A stretch of 64,000 nucleotides of DNA from the human T2T-CHM13v2.0 reference genome, Homo sapiens, in the NCBI RefSeq assembly GCF_009914755.1, contig NC_060948.1; one strand, 5' to 3'. The notes below the pieces were generated by a model. That model was not told where the DNA came from, made no database searches, and saw only the letters and a program-made list of their open reading frames with translations. The position numbers and the translations under genes are program-made. Positions 57,200-64,000 of this stretch are shown one piece after another (the stretch's first letter is position 1; each line of letters starts with the position of its first letter).

Positions 57200-60100
57200 T
57201 GGAAAGGAATCGAAACGAAAGGAATGGAGACAGATGGAATGGAATGGAACAGAGAGCAATGGTATAGAATGGAATGGAATCCTCTGGAATGGAATTGAAT
57301 GGAATGGAATAATATGAAATGGAATGGAATGGAATGGAATGCCCTTGAATTAAATGGACTGGAATGGAATGGACTCGAACAGAGTGGAATGGAAAGTGTT
57401 GAAATAGAATGGAATGGACTCGTTTGGAATGGTCTAGTATACAATGCAATCGACCGGCAGGGAATCAAAAGGAATGTAATCGAATGGATTGGACTGGAAT
57501 GCAATGGACTCGAATAGATTGGAAACGGAAAGCAAAGGAATGGAATGGAATAGTATGGAATGGAATGGAAAGGAATGGAGTGGAATAGACTAGAGTGGAA
57601 TGGAATGGACTCGAAAGCAATGGACTGGAATGGAACTTTCTTGAATGGACTGGAATCAAACGGAATGGAATGCAATGCAATCAAATGGCATGGAATAAAA
57701 TAGAATGAAAGAGAATCAAATGGAATTGAATCGAATGGAATCGAATGGATTGGAAAGGAATAGAATGGAATGGAATGGAATTGACTCAAATGGAATGGAC
57801 TAGAATGGAATGGATTCGAATGGAAGGCAAAGGAATGGAATCTATTGGAATGGACTGTAATGGAATGGAATGGAAGGGATTGGAATGGACTCGAATGGAA
57901 TGGACTGCAATAGAAAGGATTCGAATGGAATGAAAAAGAATTGAATGGAATAGAACAGAATGGAATCAAATCGAATGAAATGGAATGGAATAGAAAGGAA
58001 TGGAATGAAATGGAATGGAAAGGATTCGAATGGAATGCAATCGAATGGAATGCAATCGAATGGAATGGAATCGAACGGAATGGAATAAAATGGAAGAAAA
58101 CTGGCAAGAAATGGAATCGAAATGAATGGAGTGTTATGGAACGGACTCAAAAGGAATTGAATGTAATAGAATGGAGTGGAGTGGACTCGAATATAATGGA
58201 CTGGAATGGAATGAAATCACATGGAATGGGAACGAATGGAATGGAATGGAAAGGAATGGAATCGAATGGAAAGGAATCGAATGGAAGGGAATGAAATTGA
58301 ATCAACAGGAATGGAAGGGAGTAGAATAGACGGTAATGGAATGGACTCGAATAGAATGGACACGAAGGCTCAAATTGAATGGACTCGAATGGAATGGAAA
58401 CGAAAGGAATGTCATCGAATGGAATTGAATCGATTGGAATGAAATCACATAGAATGGAGTGGAATCAAATGGAATTGAATCGAAAGGAAAGGAAGCGAAT
58501 GGACTGAAATGAAATGGAATGGAATTGAATGGAAATTCATGCAATGGAATAGAATGGAACGAAATTTCACGGAATGGAATCAAACTGAATGGAATCAAAT
58601 CAATGGAATATAATCAAATGGAATGGAAAGGAATTGAATGGAGTAGATTGGATTGGATGGGATTGGAATGAAATGTACTGGAAAGGACTCGAATTTCATG
58701 AAACGGAATGGAATGAATTAGAACGGAATGGACTCGAATGGAATGGAATGTCATGGAATGGCATCAAATGGAATGGAATCGATTGCGATGGAATGCTATG
58801 GAATGGAATGGAATGCATTGGAATGGAATGTCCTCTAATGGAATGTATTCGAGTGGAATGGAATCGAATATAATGGAGTCTAATGAAAGGGAATTGAAAG
58901 GAATGGGACCGAATACAATGGAATATACTGGAATGTAATGTAATGAACTCGAATGTAATTGACTGGAATGGAATGTACATGAATGGAATGTAATCGAATG
59001 GAAAGCAATCCAATGGAATAGAATCTAATGCAATAAAATCGACTCAAGTAGAGTAGAATGTAATGGAATGGAGTGCAGTGCAATGGAATGGAATGGAATG
59101 GAATGCAATGGAATGGAATGGAATGGAATGGAATGGAATGGGATGGAATGGTATGGAATGGATAGTAATGGACTGGAGTGAAATGGACTGGAAAAGAATG
59201 GACTCAAATTGAAAGGGCTCGAAAGGAATGGAGTCAAATGGAATGGTCTGGAATGGAATGAACACGAATGTAATGCAATCCAATAGAATGGAATCGAATG
59301 GCATGGAATATAAAGAAATGGAATCGAAGAGAATGGAAACAAATGGAATGGAATTGAATGGAATGGGAACGAATGGAGTGAAATTGTATGCAGTAGAAGA
59401 GAATAGAATGGAATGCAAGCGAAAGGAAAGGAATGGATTGGAATGGAATGGAATTCATTGGAATGGAAGGGAATGTAGTGTAATGGACAGGCCTGGAATA
59501 AAGTGGAATGCTACAGTCTCGAATGGAATAAAAATGTATGGAATGGAATGCAATGAAACGGAATCGAATGTCATAGAATGTAATGGAATGCAAAAAAATG
59601 GAATCCAAAATCATTGACTGGAAAGGCTGGGTGTCGAAAGGAATTGACTCCAATGGAATGGAATCGAATGGAATGGAAGTGAATAGAATGGAACTAAATC
59701 GAATGGAATGGAATTGATAGGAACGGAATGGAAAGGAATGCAATGATTTGGCATGGAATGGAATCGAATGGCATCGAATGGAATGGAATGGAATGCAATG
59801 GAATGGAATGTATTAGAATGTAATGAACTTTAATGGAATGTACTCGAATGGATTCGACTGGAATGGAATGTTCTCGAAGTGAATGGACTCCAATGGAATG
59901 GATTCGAAAGGAATGGAATCTAATGGAATGGAATTAAATGGAAATGAATCAAATTGAATAGAACGGAATTGAATTGAATGGAATCGAATGCAATGGAATC
60001 TAATGAAACGGAAAGGAAAGGAATGGAATGGATTGGAATGGAATGGGCTGGAATGGAATGGAATCGAAACGAATGGAATGGAATCGAACTGAAGAGACTG

Positions 60101-62100
60101 GAATGGAATGCACTGGAATGGAAGGGAATGTAATGGAAGGTTCTCGAAAAAAATGGAATCGAAAGGAATGGAATTGAATGGAACGCAATAGAGTCGAATG
60201 GAATTGAATGGAATGGAATGGACTAGAGTGAAATGGAATCGAACCACAAGGAATGGACAGGAATAGAATGGTCTCGAATTGAATGGAATCGTATGGAATG
60301 GCATCAAACGGAATGGAATGGACAGCCACGGAATGGAATGGACACCCACGGAATGGAATGCACTCGAATGCAATGGAGTCGACACTAATGGACTGAATAG
60401 AATGGACTCGACTGGTACGGACTCCAATGGAATGGAATCGAATGGAAGGGAATCGAACGGAATGGACTCGAAGGGAAAAGACTGCAATGGAAAGGTCTCC
60501 AATGGAATGGAAATTAATGGAATGGAATGGAATCGAATGAAATGGAGTCAAAAGGAATGGAATCGAATGGCAAGAAATCGAATGTAATGGAATCGCAAGG
60601 AATGGATGTGAACGGAACGGAATGGAATGGAATCCAAAGGAATGGAATAGAATGGAATGGAATCGAATGGAAAGGACTCGAATGGAAATCACTCGAATAG
60701 AATGCAATTTAATAAAATAGGATCAAATGTAATGGAATGGAATGGAAAGGAATCGAAACGAAAGGAATGGAGACAGATGGAATGGAATGGAACAGAGAGC
60801 AATGGTATAGAATGGAATGGAATCATCTGGAATGGAATTGAATGGAATGGAATAATATGAAATGGAATGGAATGGAATGGAATGCCCTTGAATTAAATGG
60901 ACTGGAATGGAATGGACTCGAACAGAGTGGAATGGAAAGTGTTGAAATAGAATGGAATGGACTCGTTTGGAATGGTCTAGTATGCAATGCAATCGACTGG
61001 CAGGGAATCAAAAGGAATGTAATCGAATGGATTGGACTGGAATGCAATGGACTCGAATAGATTGGAAACGGAAAGCAAAGGAATGGAATGGAATAGTATG
61101 GAATGGAATGGAAGGAATGGAGTGGAATAGACTAGAGTGGAATGGAATGGACTCGAAAGCAATGGACTGGAATGGAACTTTCTTGAATGGACTGGAATCA
61201 AACGGAATGGAATGCAATGCAATCAAATGGCATGGAATAAAATAGAATGAAAGAGAATCAAATGGAATTGAATCGAATGGAATCGAATGGATTGGAAAGG
61301 AATAGAATGGAATGGAATGGAATTGACTCAAATGGAATGGACTAGAATGGAATGGATTCGAATGGAAGTCAAAGGAATGGAATCTATTGGAATGGACTGT
61401 AATGGAATGGAATGGAAGGGATTGGAATGGACTCGAATGGAATGGACTGCCATAGAAAGGATTCGAATGGAATGAAAAAGAATTGAATGGAATAGAACAG
61501 AATGGAATCAAATCGAATGAAATGGAATGGAATAGAAAGGAATGGAATGAAATGGAATGGAAAGGATTCAAATGGAATGCAATCGAATGGAATGCAATCG
61601 AGTGGAATGGAATCGAACGGAATGGAATAAAATGGAAGAAAACTGGCAAGAAATGGAATCGAAATGAATGGAGTGTTATGGAACGGACTCAAAAGGAATT
61701 GAATGTAATAGAATGGAGTGGAGTGGACTCGAATATAATGGACTGGAATGGAATGAAATCACATGGAATGGGAACGAATGGAATGGAATGGAAAGGAATG
61801 GAATCGAATGGAAAGGAATCGAATGGAAGGGAATGAAATTGAATCAACAGGAATGGAAGGGAGTAGAATAGACGGTAATGGAATGGACTCGAATAGAATG
61901 GACACGAATGCTCAAATTGAATGGACTCGAATGGAATGGAAACGAAAGGAATGTCATCGAATGGAATTGAATCGATTGGAATGAAATCACATAGAATGGA
62001 GTGGAATCAAATGGAATTGAATCGAAAGGAAAGGAAGCGAATGGACTGAAATGAAATGGAATGGAATTGAATGGAAATTAATGCAATGGAATAGAATGGA
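57200..62100 (+). repeat. Subtype-A block (~1.4 units) embedded between B-type sequence
   Basis: A alleles return: ctcgttt ~57419 and ~60962, aatcacatag ~58443 and ~61985, gaattagaac ~58715, gggaccg ~58905, and the cacccacgg duplication ~60343. Confidence 0.85.
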
Positions 62101-62169
62101 ACGAAATTTCACGGAATGGAATCAAACTGAATGGAATCAAATCAATGGAATCAAATCAAATGGAACGGA

Positions 62170-64000
62170 AAGGAATTGAATGGAGTAGATTGGATTGGAT
62201 GGGATTGGAATGAAATGTACTGGAAAGGACTCGAATTTCATGAAACGGAATGGAATGAATTGGAACGGAATGGACTCGAATGGAATGGAATGTCATGGAA
62301 TGGCATCAAATGGAATGGCATCAAATGGAATGGAATCGAATGCAATGGAATGCTATGGAATGGAATGCAATGCATTGGAATGGAATGTCCTCTAATGGAA
62401 TGGATTCGAGTGGAATGGAATCGAATATAATGGAGTCTAATGAAATGGAATTGAAAGGAATGGGATCGAATAGAATGGAATATACTGGAATGTAATGTAA
62501 TGAACTCGAATGTAATTGACTGGAATGGAATGTACATGAATGGAATGTAATCGAATGGAAAGTAATCCAATGGAATAGAATCTAATGCAATAAAATCGAC
62601 TCAAATAGAGTAGAATGTAATGGAATGGAGTGCAGTGCAATGGAATGGAATGGAATGGAATGCAATGGAATGGAATGGAATGGAATGGAATGGGATGGAA
62701 TGGTATGGAATGGATAGTAATGGACTGGAGTGAAATGGACTGGAAAGGAATGGACTCAAATTGAAAGGGCTCGAAAGGAATGGAGTCAAATGGAATGGTC
62801 TGGAATGGAATGAACACGAATGTAATGCAATCCAATAGAATGGAATCGAATGGCATGGAATTTAAAGAAATGGAATCGAAGAGAATGGAAACAAATGGAA
62901 TGGAATTGAATGGAATGGAATTGAATGGAATGGGAACGAATGGAGTGAAATTGTATGCAGTAGAAGAGAATAGAATGGAATGCAAGCGAAAGGAAAGGAA
63001 TGGATTGGAATGGAATGGAATTCATTGGAATGGAAGGGAATGTAGTGTAATGGACAGGCCTGGAATAAAGTGGAATGCTACGGTCTCGAATGGAATAAAA
63101 ATGTATGGAATGGAATGCAATGAAACGGAATCGAATGTCATAGAATGTAATGGAATGCAAAAAATGGAATCCAAAGTCATTGACTGGAAAGGCTGGGTGT
63201 CGAAAGGAATTGACTCCAATGGAATGGAATCGAATGGAATGGAAGTGAATAGAATCGAACTAAATCGAATGGAATGGAATTGATAGGAACGGAATGGAAA
63301 GGAATGCAATGATTTGGCATGGAATGGAATCGAATGGCATCGAATGGAATGGAATGTGTTAGAATGTAATGAACTTTAATGGAATGTACTCGAATGGATT
63401 CGACTGGAATGGAATGTTCTGGAAGTGAATGGACTCCAATGGAATGGATTCAAAAGGAATGGAATCGTACGGAATGGAATCTAATGGAATGGAATTAAAT
63501 GGAAATGAATCAAATGGAATAGCACGGAATTGAATTGAATGGAATGGAATGCAATGGAATCTAATGAAACGGAAAGGAAAGGAATGGAATGGAATGGAAT
63601 GGGCTGGAATGGAAAGGAATCGAAATGAATGGAATGGAATCGAACTGAAGAGACTGGAATGGAATGCACTGGAATGGAAGGAAGTGTAATGGAAGGTTCT
63701 CGAAAAAAATGGAATCGAATGGAATGGAATTGAATGGAACGGAATAGAGTCGAATGGAATTGAATGGAATGGAATGGACTAGAGTGAAATGGAATAGAAC
63801 CACAAGGAATGGACAGGAATAGAATGGTCTCGAATTGAATGGAATCGTATGGAATGGCATCAAACGGAATGGAATGGATAGCCACGGAATGGAATGCACT
63901 CGAATGCAATGGAGTCGAACCTAATGGACTGGAATAGAATGGACTCGACTGGTACGGACTCCAATGGAATGGAATCGAATGGAAGGGAATCGAACGGAAT
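62170..64000 (+). repeat. B-type segment, apparent copy of 55090-56920 (offset 7080 bp)
   Basis: Shared rare variants: ggaatgcaatgcatt (~55282/62362), a 20-bp deletion before gtgttag (~56270/63350), ggaagtgtaat (~56600/63680) and gtcgaacctaat (~56834/63914). Confidence 0.9.

Larger units (their letters stand above)
1..64000 (+). repeat. DYZ1: Human Satellite III array, Y-chromosome DYZ1 (HSat3, Yq12 heterochromatin); ~18 tandem copies of a ~3.55 kb unit, with the GGAAT strand on +
   Basis: Continuous GGAAT/CGAAT/GGACT pentamer variants with no unique sequence. Landmark motifs (e.g. gacaggcct, ggctgggtgtcg, gcaatttaataaaatagg) recur every ~3.55 kb. One conserved HaeIII site and one conserved EcoRI site lie ~40 bp apart in each unit. 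The minus-strand sequence from the HaeIII site matches my recollection of the published ~3.56 kb DYZ1 unit start (recognition, not an alignment). Confidence 0.97.

Noticed and set aside
3-63909. Hundreds of ORFs up to 313 aa (MEWNG- and FHSIP-rich)
   Set aside because: They are direct translations of (GGAAT)n and (ATTCC)n, which lack stop codons. They overlap in several frames on both strands, repeat with the unit, and are broken freely by indels. There is no domain, splice or promoter evidence.
1-64000. CRISPR-like or other prokaryotic repeat-spacer system
   Set aside because: There are no unique spacers, leader or associated genes; the sequence is entirely satellite.
1-64000. DYZ2 (HSat1B), Alu/L1 insertion or an inversion within the array
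   Set aside because: I found no long AT-rich or Alu-derived stretch and no switch to an ATTCC-rich + strand. Unit spacing never departs from 3513-3569 bp.
1-64000. HSat2 or a non-Y HSat3 array
   Set aside because: The CATTCGATTC/GATGAT-type HSat2 pattern is absent. The ~3.55 kb period with a single conserved HaeIII site and the recognisable start sequence point to DYZ1.
1-64000. Annotating a DYZ1-derived non-coding RNA
   Set aside because: Satellite III and Yq12 transcripts are known in general, but no start, end or strand can be placed from this sequence alone.

Overview
The whole 64 kb window is one uninterrupted, single-orientation block of human Satellite III. It is built from diverged (GGAAT)n pentamers organised into a ~3.55 kb unit, which I identify as the Y-chromosome DYZ1 repeat (HSat3, Yq12 heterochromatin). 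A conserved AGGCCT (HaeIII/StuI) site occurs 18 times and defines 17 complete units of 3513-3569 bp (mean ~3545) plus two partial units. The reverse complement from that site (CCTGTCCATTACACTACATTCCCTTCCATTCCAATGAATTCC...) is the start of the classical DYZ1 HaeIII fragment as I recall it. I see no genes, RNA genes, transposon insertions, DYZ2 blocks or inversions, and all ORFs in the track are translation artefacts of the pentamer. I found no new gene system. The informative structure is in the variants. There are three sequence subtypes arranged in blocks (A ~0.6-23.4 and 57.2-62.1 kb; C ~26.5-33.5 kb; B ~33.5-57 and 62.2-64 kb). There are also recent tandem duplications and a triplication, two-unit (~7.1 kb) higher-order periodicity, long-range copies, and recombination junctions that can be mapped. 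The best functional lead is three perfect heat-shock elements (nGAAnnTTCnnGAAn) at fixed positions in nearly every unit. All comparisons were made by eye, so block boundaries are approximate.
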